A stretch of DNA of 40,492 nt from a virus, in the UHGV virus genome UHGV-0071542; one strand, 5' to 3'. Shown here piece by piece: positions 8,870-19,458 of the stretch. Position numbers and translations under genes: made by a program. The first letter of the stretch is position 1; every line of letters begins with the position of its first letter. The notes under the pieces are model-generated. The model was not told the DNA's origin and did not search any database. It was given only the letters and a program-made list of their open reading frames with translations.

Positions 8870-10672
8870 TTAACCTCTCAAGAAACACGCCACAGCAACA
8901 TCAAACAGGCTGGAATCCTGTATTGCCTGCTCACTTTCCCTGTTCGCTTCATCCAGTACTTCACGCGCACTGCGCGATTGTGGATTACCATCATCATCCA
9001 GCACGGTGATTATCATGTCAGGTGATTCAAGCAGCGAGTCTTCAGCTATGCGCAGATCAATATCTCCTGCCTGATCTGACATCATTTTTTGTTCTGCCTG
9101 TTGCAATATTTTATCAGGCTCAAAAGGAGCTACTTCGTCTGGCGTCCTGACCTCTGCTGTTTTATAGAATGAAACAGCCTGAGCATTAAGTTCACTTTCT
9201 GCCTGCTGTCTCCGAGCCAGTTCTGCTCGAGCTTCAAAAAACTGACCGCCAGGCTCGTGCGGTGCCAACGCGTTACGGGAAAATTCCAGGCGTTCTTGTG
9301 CCTGCCGGATTCGTTGATCAATATCGCGAAGTCTGGCCTGTTTATCTGATCGAGCACGAGACAAAGCTTTACCGCTACCGGTTGGCTCTTCTGCAAGAAT
9401 TTGTGCACGCTGTTCAGTGAGATTTTCAATAATTCGTTGGCTATTAGCGATTTCAGACTGGTAAACCTGTCTATCTCCACGCGGCAAAAGCTGCGCGGCC
9501 TGTTCTTCAAGCAACCGATTTTCTATAGCGCGCGCCGTTACTCCATCATCTACAGATGACAGAGCCTCATTAACTGCCTGAGACAGCAGACTCTTGCGCC
9601 CAGGAATTTCACTGAAAGATGCAGACTCAACAATGCTGGCAACGTCTACAGGTCTCCCCTGGCTAACATCAGACATAGCTTTTCGCAGAGCCTGAATGTG
9701 AGAATTGCGCGAAAGCACGTTGATCGGCACGCCGGGCGCAATATCAATTTCAGCATGATGAGCGGCATTCGCCGCCAGTGCAGCATCGATATCAACTGGT
9801 GAAAAATTTGGTGCGTTTGTAGACTCGCCGCGAGAGTTAATAAATCTGCCGACACCACCAAACGCCACCCCAAGAACAGCATCAATAGCAATTGCCTGTC
9901 GATCCAACACATCATACTGGTTAGCCATTTCGCTATAGCCACCATCACGAAGTGTTTTTGCAGTAAGCCCACGCTGTGCCATACCGAACGCAATATTTGT
10001 ACCTGCGGCATAGGCAATATCTGGCGTTGCACGTACTGCTGTTGCTGCGGCGCGTCGCACTGAACTCTCACCCGTCCGCGCAAGCTGAGCCGCCACACCT
10101 TCCGCCAGCGCACCACCAGCACGTAACCCGAGGCTCATAGGGATCAGCGTTCCGGCACCAGCAGTAATGCCCTGCACTAATCCCGCTTCCTGCGCCGTCC
10201 TGAAATCAACACCCTGTGCTGTCAGCCGTTCAAACTCAGAAAAACCCTGTAGCGAAGTTACCGCCGCTGCACCTCCGACAGGACCACCGAGCGTTGTACC
10301 GACAACAGCCTGCCCGCCCATATCGAACAACCCATAAAGAACCTGCCCAGCGGTTCCAGTTGTCGCGGCATCAGGCGTCAGCCGCTTAACCTGCTGCTCT
10401 GCTAGTTTTCTCTGCTCGGCAATGTATGAAACTGAAGTATCATTGAGCGAGGTGTTTTCGTTAACAAACTGAGCAATCGGGGATACGATTTTATCCATCC
10501 CTGCCCATAGCAACTGATCTGGCTTTGCCACCAGCCCGGAGTACAAACCAGACAATGCCGCTCCTACAGCATTGTCGAAAAAACCAACATCGCTGTTAAA
10601 GCCAGCTGGATTTGATGCTGCTTCGTCAAGCTGCTGATTCTGGTTTACTGGATTAAGGCCAAAGTAACTCAT
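8870..10672 (-). CDS. Internal virion/ejection protein (600 aa)
   Basis: Ala/Gly-rich large structural protein, translationally coupled to neighbours. Confidence 0.55.
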   Translation of the reverse strand: MSYFGLNPVNQNQQLDEAASNPAGFNSDVGFFDNAVGAALSGLYSGLVAKPDQLLWAGMDKIVSPIAQFVNENTSLNDTSVSYIAEQRKLAEQQVKRLTPDAATTGTAGQVLYGLFDMGGQAVVGTTLGGPVGGAAAVTSLQGFSEFERLTAQGVDFRTAQEAGLVQGITAGAGTLIPMSLGLRAGGALAEGVAAQLARTGESSVRRAAATAVRATPDIAYAAGTNIAFGMAQRGLTAKTLRDGGYSEMANQYDVLDRQAIAIDAVLGVAFGGVGRFINSRGESTNAPNFSPVDIDAALAANAAHHAEIDIAPGVPINVLSRNSHIQALRKAMSDVSQGRPVDVASIVESASFSEIPGRKSLLSQAVNEALSSVDDGVTARAIENRLLEEQAAQLLPRGDRQVYQSEIANSQRIIENLTEQRAQILAEEPTGSGKALSRARSDKQARLRDIDQRIRQAQERLEFSRNALAPHEPGGQFFEARAELARRQQAESELNAQAVSFYKTAEVRTPDEVAPFEPDKILQQAEQKMMSDQAGDIDLRIAEDSLLESPDMIITVLDDDGNPQSRSAREVLDEANRESEQAIQDSSLFDVAVACFLRG

Positions 10673-13182
10673 TGCGGAATATCTCCGGAGAATCTCTGAC
10701 GCTTCTGTGTCAGATTAAGAACAACGGGAGAACCATCATCTTTCAGCAGATAACCAGTACCAAGTTTCACCAGGTACTGACTATCGCCGTAACTTTGCAA
10801 ACCATACTGACCAGGCGGTGTTTTTATCCCAGAGCCGACAACTTGTTCATTCCAAGCCTGATTAACCTGCTTATCGAATTGCTCTGCAGACATTCCCCAC
10901 GGCAAAAGGACATTCCCCATTCCGTTATAGTCATGCACGCCACCTGTAGCTACGTTAACAGCCTGTTTCCAGACATCATTGTCAATTTCGCCTGATACCA
11001 CGCCTTTTTTCGCCATCACACCAGCGTAATAATCCTTTGCGATCTCGTATGCCATTGATGCCCCCTGAGCGTCACCAGCAAATGCATCCTTCACCATGTC
11101 AGAAAACTCAAGGCGAAGATCAGCATCTTTAGGCATCGGAATACCTTTCGCATCATCAGTACCTTTACGAGCCGCCGCGCCAGCAAGAATTGTCTGCGCA
11201 GCGGTTTCAGGAGACACGGAAACATCCGGATTAAACCAGTTTTTTTCTGCCAAAATACCACCTGGCTTATCCATCAGTATCCCGGCAACGGCAGCAGATG
11301 GAGCGTTGGCACTGATCTGCTGTAGTGCTGACATATACACCTGCCCACCACCAGTGCTCTGCCTGATGGTATCGAGATATGCTGCCTGTTGGGAAACGGG
11401 CGCATCACGAAAGAAAACACCGATCTGATTGGCCTCGTCTTTGGAAAAGAACGTCAGTGGAGTGCCATATGACTTAGCAAGGTCACTGACCTGAGCAGCA
11501 CGCAAGGCAACGCTCTGTCCAAAGTTATCCTTATTGCTCATGTCGATAGGCTTTGTCTGTCCGGCGGCAAGAGAGAACTGTACAGGATCAGCCTGTCGCT
11601 GCTTTATCACCTGACTTGCAGCCGACACAACGTTGTCATAAAGAGCGGCTCGTGCCGCATAACCCTCCCCTGTCTCACCAGTATCCGGGCGTAATTGCTC
11701 AACATATGCTGTAATGCTGCTTGTCGGCATGTTGCGGAAAGAGCCTATATACTGTCCGGCGATTTGCGTATTTCTGAACTCGGTATATCGCAGGTTTCCT
11801 TCTCTTACTCCATAAGCTGCAATAAAATCAGCCTCACCAGGTGGGTTAGGAAATTCAACGCCACGCATATACGCAGCTGTCGCATCGCGAACCTGGCTGT
11901 CAATCATCGTTTTATATTCAGCCTGCTGCTGCCGACGCAGTTGATCCGCCTGTCGCATAAAACTTGCCTGCGCCTCAGGAGATGCCGCATCGAATGCTGC
12001 ATTACCGGTATAGCGTTTGGTGTTGGTTGGAATTGTTGATAAACCAAGTGCTGCACTGACACCAGCAGTTAACTGCTGATCACTGTATGGCTGGCTACCG
12101 TTCTCATGATGGATAATGGCTGCACAAAGCGCCTTCAGGGTATCAGGATTAGATGCATCGAGAGGCTCATCAGCAGAAACGCCAAGTTGTTCGCACACTG
12201 CTTTGATATACGACATAGTGTCATTTTTATCAGCAGGCGGTGCCCAGCGATTAATTATCTCGCTGACGGTATCAATACCCTGCCTCTGATACGACATCAG
12301 GTTCCGCCCTAATGCACGAATCCCGTGTTCAGGTGTTTCGAATTTAGCAAATCGACCATCATCACCGGTCTGGCCTACCCACGGATTAGTTTTGCTGTAT
12401 TCGAGATTTCCTGGGTTATTGTTGCGTATGCCACGGGCACGCTCGGAAGAGTCACTATCTGCTACAGCACGGCGAGCTCCAGCAGCAGTATCACTTAACT
12501 CGCCATTACTTTGGATGAATGCGGTCGCATTGTTTGCCGACCACTGGGACAATGCAGCATCAGCAACCTTCTCTTTAAACTCGATTTTCTTGGCCTGGAT
12601 TTGCTCGTTGCTCCAGCCATGTGCAACACCGTACTCCTCAATTTGCTGGAAAGTTTGTTTGTTAGCCAATACGTATGCGGCGTTGTCGCCATACAATGCT
12701 GCGGCATTTTTACCATTGTTCAGCAGTGTCGCCTGAAACTGGCCTTCTTCGTAGGCATTAATTTGCCCTATCTCGTGTCGCCCGGCCTGCGTAGTGAACT
12801 GAATGCGCTGCTGCTGCGCCTGCTGCATGAAAGCATTACGAGCCTGTTCATCCGGCAGCGACATAGCCAGTTGTTCGACCTGAGCATCAAACTGCTGCGT
12901 ATACTCATGGCCTTTTCCAATAGCATTTTTCCCTTTCAGGTTAAGCAAACCTGTTTCAGGGTTATTCAGCAGATCACTGCTTATCTGACTGAGGTTAAGA
13001 GATGCCTCCTGAGCCAGAGCGATATTGGCACGCTGTTTTGCCTGCCCCAAAACATCAATTGCCTCTGTCCCTGCCCGAACAAAAGCATCACCAATACCTG
13101 GCTGAGAAAACGTCTGCAAGCCTGCTGACTGAACTCCACGGCTCTCAACCTGGCGTCCGGATACTGTTGGTACGACTGGCAT
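10669..13182 (-). CDS. Internal virion protein with putative peptidoglycan-hydrolase domain
   Basis: Start reassigned to ATG after RBS GGAGG (TAATG overlap with upstream stop); motif GIRNNNPGNLEY...WVGQ as in virion-associated muralytic domains. Confidence 0.6.
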   Translation of the reverse strand: MPVVPTVSGRQVESRGVQSAGLQTFSQPGIGDAFVRAGTEAIDVLGQAKQRANIALAQEASLNLSQISSDLLNNPETGLLNLKGKNAIGKGHEYTQQFDAQVEQLAMSLPDEQARNAFMQQAQQQRIQFTTQAGRHEIGQINAYEEGQFQATLLNNGKNAAALYGDNAAYVLANKQTFQQIEEYGVAHGWSNEQIQAKKIEFKEKVADAALSQWSANNATAFIQSNGELSDTAAGARRAVADSDSSERARGIRNNNPGNLEYSKTNPWVGQTGDDGRFAKFETPEHGIRALGRNLMSYQRQGIDTVSEIINRWAPPADKNDTMSYIKAVCEQLGVSADEPLDASNPDTLKALCAAIIHHENGSQPYSDQQLTAGVSAALGLSTIPTNTKRYTGNAAFDAASPEAQASFMRQADQLRRQQQAEYKTMIDSQVRDATAAYMRGVEFPNPPGEADFIAAYGVREGNLRYTEFRNTQIAGQYIGSFRNMPTSSITAYVEQLRPDTGETGEGYAARAALYDNVVSAASQVIKQRQADPVQFSLAAGQTKPIDMSNKDNFGQSVALRAAQVSDLAKSYGTPLTFFSKDEANQIGVFFRDAPVSQQAAYLDTIRQSTGGGQVYMSALQQISANAPSAAVAGILMDKPGGILAEKNWFNPDVSVSPETAAQTILAGAAARKGTDDAKGIPMPKDADLRLEFSDMVKDAFAGDAQGASMAYEIAKDYYAGVMAKKGVVSGEIDNDVWKQAVNVATGGVHDYNGMGNVLLPWGMSAEQFDKQVNQAWNEQVVGSGIKTPPGQYGLQSYGDSQYLVKLGTGYLLKDDGSPVVLNLTQKRQRFSGDIPQ

Positions 13183-13727
13183 TATAATCCTCCGGGTAAT
13201 CTGGTTCCTGCTGCTGCCCCGATTGGCGCAGGGGTGCTTTGAGTAAACGGACTCCACGTCCCACCAAACATCTGGTACGCACCGTATGCCTTCAGAGGCG
13301 CAGTGAGCAATGTTGTTGCTGCTCCCACATTCCCCTGTTTACGGGCTGAACTGGCTTCTGCTTTATAGTTGGCAGCCTGAACCTGATAACCGTAAGCCTC
13401 GCGTTGCGCGTTATTCACCGTCGTCAGCGAATCAAGAGCGCCAAACTGAGCAGTGTCACCAAATATATCCAGCGCGTTACCGGTAGATAAATCAGCGCCG
13501 GTAGCCCCCATTGTCGCCGCCTGTGTACCAAGCCGCTGTCGGGTCTCTCTGCGCCGTTGCTCAGCTTCAGCGTTACCCCTGTTTATTGCATCATTTGCCT
13601 GAGCTGTGGCTATATCTGCGTTCGCTTCTGCAACCTTCGAGGCATACTTTCCCTGTTGGTACTGGGTGTATGCCTGAATGCCACTCATGGCGAGCATTGC
13701 GCCACCAGCAATAACCGGATCGCACAT
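13182..13727 (-). CDS. Virion structural/internal protein (181 aa)
   Basis: Ala/Gln-rich; position in structural operon. Confidence 0.45.
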   Translation of the reverse strand: MCDPVIAGGAMLAMSGIQAYTQYQQGKYASKVAEANADIATAQANDAINRGNAEAEQRRRETRQRLGTQAATMGATGADLSTGNALDIFGDTAQFGALDSLTTVNNAQREAYGYQVQAANYKAEASSARKQGNVGAATTLLTAPLKAYGAYQMFGGTWSPFTQSTPAPIGAAAGTRLPGGL

Positions 13728-14191
13728 TATTTTCTCTCCATGTGAAATCTGTGGAAATTAAGACCAAGAGCACCATAAGGCGCGGCTTCTTCAAGCCTGA
13801 ATCCAAGCCAGTGCAGCCATGCTTTGGCAACATGGTTTCGCTCGTCGACATAGTTTTCCAGGCGCGGATAAACTGCCAGCATCTGCTGCAATACAGGGCG
13901 GCAGTGGCGAAGAAATGTCTTCTGATATTTTTCGATACGGCTGGTTCCGACCAGCCAGGGCGTACCATTGCCACCGATCATTGACGCCGGAGATACGCCA
14001 AACATGGTTACCAGTTCTCCGTTCGCAAATCCTGACCAGGCCATAGTCGCAGTACGCAGACCAACACGCAGCGCATCTTCGGTAGTCATCAGCGATACCG
14101 CATACAGTTCGTCAATATCAGCCTGACGAACATCCGGCAAAATCATCTGAAGATGCTCTTCGGTAGCGGGAATAATTTGAACGTCGATCAT
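13727..14191 (-). CDS. Hypothetical structural protein (154 aa)
   Basis: Coupled ORF within structural operon. Confidence 0.45.
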   Translation of the reverse strand: MIDVQIIPATEEHLQMILPDVRQADIDELYAVSLMTTEDALRVGLRTATMAWSGFANGELVTMFGVSPASMIGGNGTPWLVGTSRIEKYQKTFLRHCRPVLQQMLAVYPRLENYVDERNHVAKAWLHWLGFRLEEAAPYGALGLNFHRFHMERK

Positions 14192-16644
14192 CAGAATCCC
14201 CCAACAGTAAGGCGAGGAATAACGGCAAGAACAGACAGCGGCAACGGGTCAAGCTGACGGATTTTTACACGTCCGTTTTTGCCCCAGTTACTGTCCAGTT
14301 TCACTTCTACTTTTCCGGTAGCGTCATCAACAGGATCATCGTAGAACTCGAATTCACGCTGTGGATATTCGTACCATTTACCGCCGGGCGTAGTCGCCCA
14401 GATGCCGCGACTGGCATTCACAACCAGAGTAACGGACGGGATCACCTGTTTTTTGTCCAGCAGCGTTTCCTGTCCGTTAATGTTGATATCCAGTGTTTCG
14501 AATTCAGCAGTTATTGGCAGGCCGATGTGCACAACAGCCCCCGGTGATTCCAGCGTGACGGCACCTCCGGAAACCACTTTTTGTGGTTCCACGTTCGCAT
14601 CAGAGAGGATGTTTACGGTCTGGCCTTCAAGATGAGACAAGCCGCCAAATGTCCGGCGCGCCATCTGCCAGTTTGTGGTAGCCACATTCCTGAGGGATGG
14701 CGGGACGTTCCTGTTAGCACGAACCACTACTGCGGTATTGCTGGTTACAGAAATAATGTCGCAACGTAATTCTTTTGACACTTCATCGCCGGTATAAGGG
14801 AACTGTAGTTGCGCACCGACATCACTACTGGTGAAGTACGCACCACCAGAAACACTGATTGTATATTCCGCGCGGTAATCCCATTCACCAGAACCACCAG
14901 TGATGGTCATCGTTCTGTCAGACGTATTTCTTCCATCATAGCTAAGGCCAGAATCAACAAAGAAAGCATCTTCATCGCTGGTAAATAAACGGCTGGACAG
15001 TCGCTCGATGTATCTCACTGTTTGCCCGTTAACGGTTCGGTTAACGACGAAATACACCGCATCTTCATTGCCTTCGCTGATACTGCATGTGCTTTCATAT
15101 TTTCCGGTACTGGACTGTGGTGCCCATGCAAAAACCTGTTGATCACGCAGATAGGTCATCACCAGTAATTTACCGTCATCACGAATGCAGAAGGCGCTGG
15201 AGTAAGGGACAATAGAGAAGCACCAGTCAACAATGCTGTGCTTCTGAAAAAGATGATTGGCAAGGATGGTCAGGTCGTTCCCCTGATAGCCGTCAACATC
15301 GAATGAGTAGGCCAGATCACGGACAACACTGCCTTTCTCCTGGACGAACAGAGCAATATTCGCCACGGCAATTGGTGGGACATTGCTCGAGCCATTTGAT
15401 CCCTGAGAGCTGAATGCAAATGATGATGGGGTTAACACTTTGTTCTGGTCGCCGGTGATGACGTACTCACCTCCGGAAGTCAGTGCCACCAGCGAACCGA
15501 CATCAATCAGGTGGCGGATCTCATTAACCTGACGCCCGGCATAGGTGTAGATAATTCTGTCGTCATCCTGCGTAGGATTGCTTTTGCCAAAATCCTTATA
15601 ATCCCCGGTACGGCTGGCCCAGATAGTCTGAGGGAACGCAGTCGATGCGGCGAAGTAAAGGCGTTGTTGATAATAAACAACAGTGCCAGGATAACCGTTA
15701 ATACTGTTCCAGGCATATTTAGCCCATTTATAGCTGGCATTATCCTCGCCAACTACCTGCGAAGGGATATAGGAAATCACCTCGGCAGTTGCAGTAGTTC
15801 CATTTGCAGCAGAGATACGGGCAATGCCAAAACCACTGTGCAGATACTCCCACTCAATGCCGGTATCATCATCACCGGATCCGCCCCAGCCATCCCATGA
15901 TGTGCCTTCTGTATGCGAAGGGCGCAAAGTGCCTGTTTTGCCTGCTGTAACGGCGCGATAGTAGTTACTGTCTGCACGGCGAATATCGCCAATCGACGTA
16001 CTCTTACTGGTTTCCCATACCGGCACAGAATCCACTGCAGGCTGTTCCAGATAGAACAATTTGCCTACCTGCTCCGCGCCAAAAATTGAGGCGCTTGCCG
16101 TTAACGTAATTGTCCCGGTGCTGGCGCTGGCATAAACCGTCACTGACTCGTCAATATTGATATCTTCAAATGGCCCGTTCTTCGTTACCACATCAACCAG
16201 TTGCCAGTTGTCATGCGCATAGCGGCGCAACTCTTTCGGCGGGTATGCCGGATGAACCAGCGTAAGCACGTCTGCGCTTTGCGTGAATTTAATTCGGAAC
16301 AGATCGGCTTCAGTATATGGCGTGGCAATTTCATAAATAACATTGCTGCTGTTCAGCACCAACGCACCATCTTTGATAACGCGCATGTACTGGTGTCCGA
16401 ACTCCAGAGCATAAGTCTGAACCGTCGAGAACTGGAACGGGATCAGGCGGCATTTCCGATTTGGGTATTTGGCGGCACCGACAAAACGCGTACCAGGTCG
16501 ATTCTCAACGCCGCCATACTGCCGCACGATAAAGTTATCGCACTTGCGCAATGCCACCTGGTACTTCGCCATGTCGATACGACCGTACAACGACGGTCCA
16601 ATCTCACCACCGGCAAAGCTGGGCTGGATCCAACTGATAGCCAT
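14191..16644 (-). CDS. Large tail/nozzle structural protein (817 aa, tail tubular B-like)
   Basis: Size and position after a tail-tubular-A-like gene. Confidence 0.55.
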   Translation of the reverse strand: MAISWIQPSFAGGEIGPSLYGRIDMAKYQVALRKCDNFIVRQYGGVENRPGTRFVGAAKYPNRKCRLIPFQFSTVQTYALEFGHQYMRVIKDGALVLNSSNVIYEIATPYTEADLFRIKFTQSADVLTLVHPAYPPKELRRYAHDNWQLVDVVTKNGPFEDINIDESVTVYASASTGTITLTASASIFGAEQVGKLFYLEQPAVDSVPVWETSKSTSIGDIRRADSNYYRAVTAGKTGTLRPSHTEGTSWDGWGGSGDDDTGIEWEYLHSGFGIARISAANGTTATAEVISYIPSQVVGEDNASYKWAKYAWNSINGYPGTVVYYQQRLYFAASTAFPQTIWASRTGDYKDFGKSNPTQDDDRIIYTYAGRQVNEIRHLIDVGSLVALTSGGEYVITGDQNKVLTPSSFAFSSQGSNGSSNVPPIAVANIALFVQEKGSVVRDLAYSFDVDGYQGNDLTILANHLFQKHSIVDWCFSIVPYSSAFCIRDDGKLLVMTYLRDQQVFAWAPQSSTGKYESTCSISEGNEDAVYFVVNRTVNGQTVRYIERLSSRLFTSDEDAFFVDSGLSYDGRNTSDRTMTITGGSGEWDYRAEYTISVSGGAYFTSSDVGAQLQFPYTGDEVSKELRCDIISVTSNTAVVVRANRNVPPSLRNVATTNWQMARRTFGGLSHLEGQTVNILSDANVEPQKVVSGGAVTLESPGAVVHIGLPITAEFETLDININGQETLLDKKQVIPSVTLVVNASRGIWATTPGGKWYEYPQREFEFYDDPVDDATGKVEVKLDSNWGKNGRVKIRQLDPLPLSVLAVIPRLTVGGF

Positions 16645-17252
16645 CAGGACAACCTCGCAATGGTAAACTCGTCAACCGGTGGCTGTGGTTCCTGTGATTC
16701 ATTCTGGCTATGCGAGCCAGCACTAAGAATCACGCGATTGTACATATTGAGGGCAAACGTACCGAGGTCTGCATTCCCAGTCAGCGCCATGTTAATAGCT
16801 GCCGCAAGACGCCAGGCCAACGCCTCCATAAAAATGGCATCAAACATGTTCACATCTGAAACGCGAGAGACATACTTGAGCCATGCCTGCGGCTGGTCTG
16901 TGTAGATCAACTTTCCTGTTCCGTTGGTGTCTGCACCAACTTCGTACTGAACGCGCATTGCTGCTGTTGGATTGCGTACACCAGGAAGCATAATTTCAGT
17001 AATGCGCAGACAATCGGACGGGTACTGGTACGCATATTCCCAGTCAGGCGGTGGATTGCTCGTATCTGCAAGCGCCACGCGTTTGGTAGCAAAGTTCCAG
17101 TCAAAATCAGAAAGAACAGCATCACGGCAGGCCTCAAAGTGCAGCGAACATTCACCCGCTTCCTTGCTGGCTTCCGTCAGGCTGTTAATACTGCGGCTGT
17201 TGCCAATATTGGACAGCGCACGATTACAGATCTCTACTACAGAGGCCATCAC
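16644..17252 (-). CDS. Tail adaptor / tail tubular A-like protein (202 aa)
   Basis: Position between capsid-proximal genes and large tail protein; strong RBS GGAGGTGAGTG. Confidence 0.45.
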   Translation of the reverse strand: MMASVVEICNRALSNIGNSRSINSLTEASKEAGECSLHFEACRDAVLSDFDWNFATKRVALADTSNPPPDWEYAYQYPSDCLRITEIMLPGVRNPTAAMRVQYEVGADTNGTGKLIYTDQPQAWLKYVSRVSDVNMFDAIFMEALAWRLAAAINMALTGNADLGTFALNMYNRVILSAGSHSQNESQEPQPPVDEFTIARLS

Positions 17253-17578
17253 TCACCTCCGTTACCGTACAGAGTTTCAGCCGCTGATTTTTCTACATCC
17301 CTGGAAACAGGAGCGATCGCCATATCAGTGATCTGCAGATCGGCGCTGCGATTAACACCATCGTCAGTTTCTCTGGCAGACAGGCCTCGAATAACAGCCT
17401 TTGCAGTTATCATCACTTCTGTTCCGACGCCCTGAGGTTGCGCCTTCAGCTTATTCAATGTGTCGTTATTAAGAGTGATGCACAGCCCCCACGGGTATTC
17501 ATCGCGAGTTCTGGTTTCTCCGCTCTCATCCTGGTAGCTGTCAGTGCCGGTTTTGAGGTTTACGAGTTCCATATACAC
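17249..17578 (-). CDS. Hypothetical virion protein (109 aa)
   Basis: Coupled ORF in structural operon. Confidence 0.4.
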   Translation of the reverse strand: MYMELVNLKTGTDSYQDESGETRTRDEYPWGLCITLNNDTLNKLKAQPQGVGTEVMITAKAVIRGLSARETDDGVNRSADLQITDMAIAPVSRDVEKSAAETLYGNGGE

Positions 17579-17622
17579 TCCTGCAATAAAGGGGCCGAAG
17601 CCCCTTGTCGGATTCGCGAGGC

Positions 17623-17967
17623 TTACACGCCCAGTTCTTTACGCTTATCTGCGATCTTCTCGCGGAGCGTTTCGGCTTTAGCGTTATGGTGTGGCTTCTC
17701 GTTAAAGAGCAATTCGTACTCTTCACGGAGCTTATCCAGTTCACCATCATCTGACACATCGTTGATGATTTTGGTGCTGGTTGCTGCCATAGACACCTTT
17801 CCTGCTACCTTTGCTTTTGCCTGTCTGGCTGCATCGTTAACAGGTTCCAGTGCGCTACCAGGCTCACCTTCGTATTCGATTTCTTCCCCCTCCGGCCACA
17901 GTGTGTTATGGATATGAGAGAGGCGCAGAACGCGGTATCTTGGTTTCTCACCTGACATCGATATCAC
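17623..17967 (-). CDS. Hypothetical virion protein (114 aa)
   Basis: ORF in structural operon. Confidence 0.4.
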   Translation of the reverse strand: MISMSGEKPRYRVLRLSHIHNTLWPEGEEIEYEGEPGSALEPVNDAARQAKAKVAGKVSMAATSTKIINDVSDDGELDKLREEYELLFNEKPHHNAKAETLREKIADKRKELGV

Positions 17968-17968
17968 C

Positions 17969-18406
17969 TTAACCAGTTACTTTTGAGCGGATCGGGTACG
18001 GCGTATTGGCATCAACATCCAGACTGATACCCGCAGTGAATTTGCCGGCCGTTAGTGGGCCAGTTGCGACGGAGTAGTTAACACGCAGATATCGCTGAAC
18101 ACCGGCAGGCACCTTTGCAGAAACAACTCGTTTACCTGCTGTCAGGGTAGCCTTTGCCAGTGCGCCACTATCATAAATAGTGGACCATGAGCTGTTATTC
18201 TCACTCGTCTGCAACTGGATGTTTACAGTTGCCTCACCACTTGCCGTGGCGGCTTCGTTAACCAGCACCCAAAACTCAAGCGGATAACCCACGCCGATAT
18301 CGCGACGGTTTCCATCAATTGGACCGAGATCGATTACGTCAGTAGAAGCCGCGGTATTCGTAACCGCCTGAGCTTCGGAGAACATCAACAGTTTGTCGGT
18401 GATCAT
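17969..18406 (-). CDS. Capsid-associated/decoration-like protein (145 aa)
   Basis: Immediately downstream of major capsid gene; beta-rich Thr/Ser-rich sequence. Confidence 0.4.
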   Translation of the reverse strand: MITDKLLMFSEAQAVTNTAASTDVIDLGPIDGNRRDIGVGYPLEFWVLVNEAATASGEATVNIQLQTSENNSSWSTIYDSGALAKATLTAGKRVVSAKVPAGVQRYLRVNYSVATGPLTAGKFTAGISLDVDANTPYPIRSKVTG

Positions 18407-18457
18407 CTTCTTTCTCCATTAGTGGGTCTGTTACGACCCACAGGTTAATAACAGGCG

Positions 18458-19450
18458 TTACACCACGCGGGCTTCTGTTTCCAGAAGCGCATCAGTTTCA
18501 CGGATTGGTACACCACGGAATGAAGTCCACCACTCGCCTTCAGTCTCTTTTACGCTGATCGCCAGAGATGTTTTCTCCAGAGATTGCAGATCAAGAGCCT
18601 GGCCTACAGTGCGGTTCATGTAGAACACCGGGCGACCCATTCCACGGTTTGGAATGCGATGCAGTGCTTTAACCATCAACTTCGCAATATTTGCGGCAGA
18701 GGAAGGTTCTGAAAGATTGCTGACATCGATGTTTGCAATGCGAACAACATAACGCCAGTCACGCAGAGCAAGTCCGTTGTCCCATTTGTAATGGGTGCGA
18801 TAGCCTTCGTACTTGCCGCCATTAGCATCTTCCAGTGTCACCTGGCCTTTATCTTCCATCTGGATGCCAGCCTTCTGCCCTTTCGGGAAGATGCCATGCA
18901 CGGTGTTTTCGCCCCACACCACTAACCAGATTGAGGTGTTATCTGTACCCGTGCCACCAGCATCAATGATGTTCTGAGCATTACCCGCAGACAGGCTGGA
19001 ATAGCGGGAGGACAGTCCCATAAACTGCTGAGGGTTAACGCTGGAATCACCATAAAACAGCGTCTGCGCCATCTGCTGATTCATCGCTTCAATAAATGCG
19101 CGGTCTTCAGACAGGCGGAATTCAGCGGTATTGCCGTTCAGATCAGCCAGTGATTTATCGACTTCAGCATAGGTTTCCAGCATGCCAACGTAATCGGTTA
19201 CCTGCACTGTGGTTGATTTGCTTGGCTGTACGCCATAGTTCAGCAAACGCCAGGTAGCTGAAGGTAAACCAGAACGAATGGTGGTTCGGTGTCCGGTAGG
19301 AAGGTTCCCTTCGACAAAAGGCATATCCTGAAGGATCGGGTTAGTTTGACCGAGAAGCTCGATAATCTTATCGACTTTCCCGTTTGGATCGACGCGCTTA
19401 CCCCAGTCAGCCAGCGTTAGCGCAGTTAAGCCTTTAACAGCCATTGTCAT
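18458..19450 (-). CDS. Major capsid protein
   Basis: 330 aa, preceded by scaffold gene; typical portal-scaffold-capsid order. Confidence 0.75.
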   Translation of the reverse strand: MTMAVKGLTALTLADWGKRVDPNGKVDKIIELLGQTNPILQDMPFVEGNLPTGHRTTIRSGLPSATWRLLNYGVQPSKSTTVQVTDYVGMLETYAEVDKSLADLNGNTAEFRLSEDRAFIEAMNQQMAQTLFYGDSSVNPQQFMGLSSRYSSLSAGNAQNIIDAGGTGTDNTSIWLVVWGENTVHGIFPKGQKAGIQMEDKGQVTLEDANGGKYEGYRTHYKWDNGLALRDWRYVVRIANIDVSNLSEPSSAANIAKLMVKALHRIPNRGMGRPVFYMNRTVGQALDLQSLEKTSLAISVKETEGEWWTSFRGVPIRETDALLETEARVV

Positions 19451-19458
19451 TTCCTCTC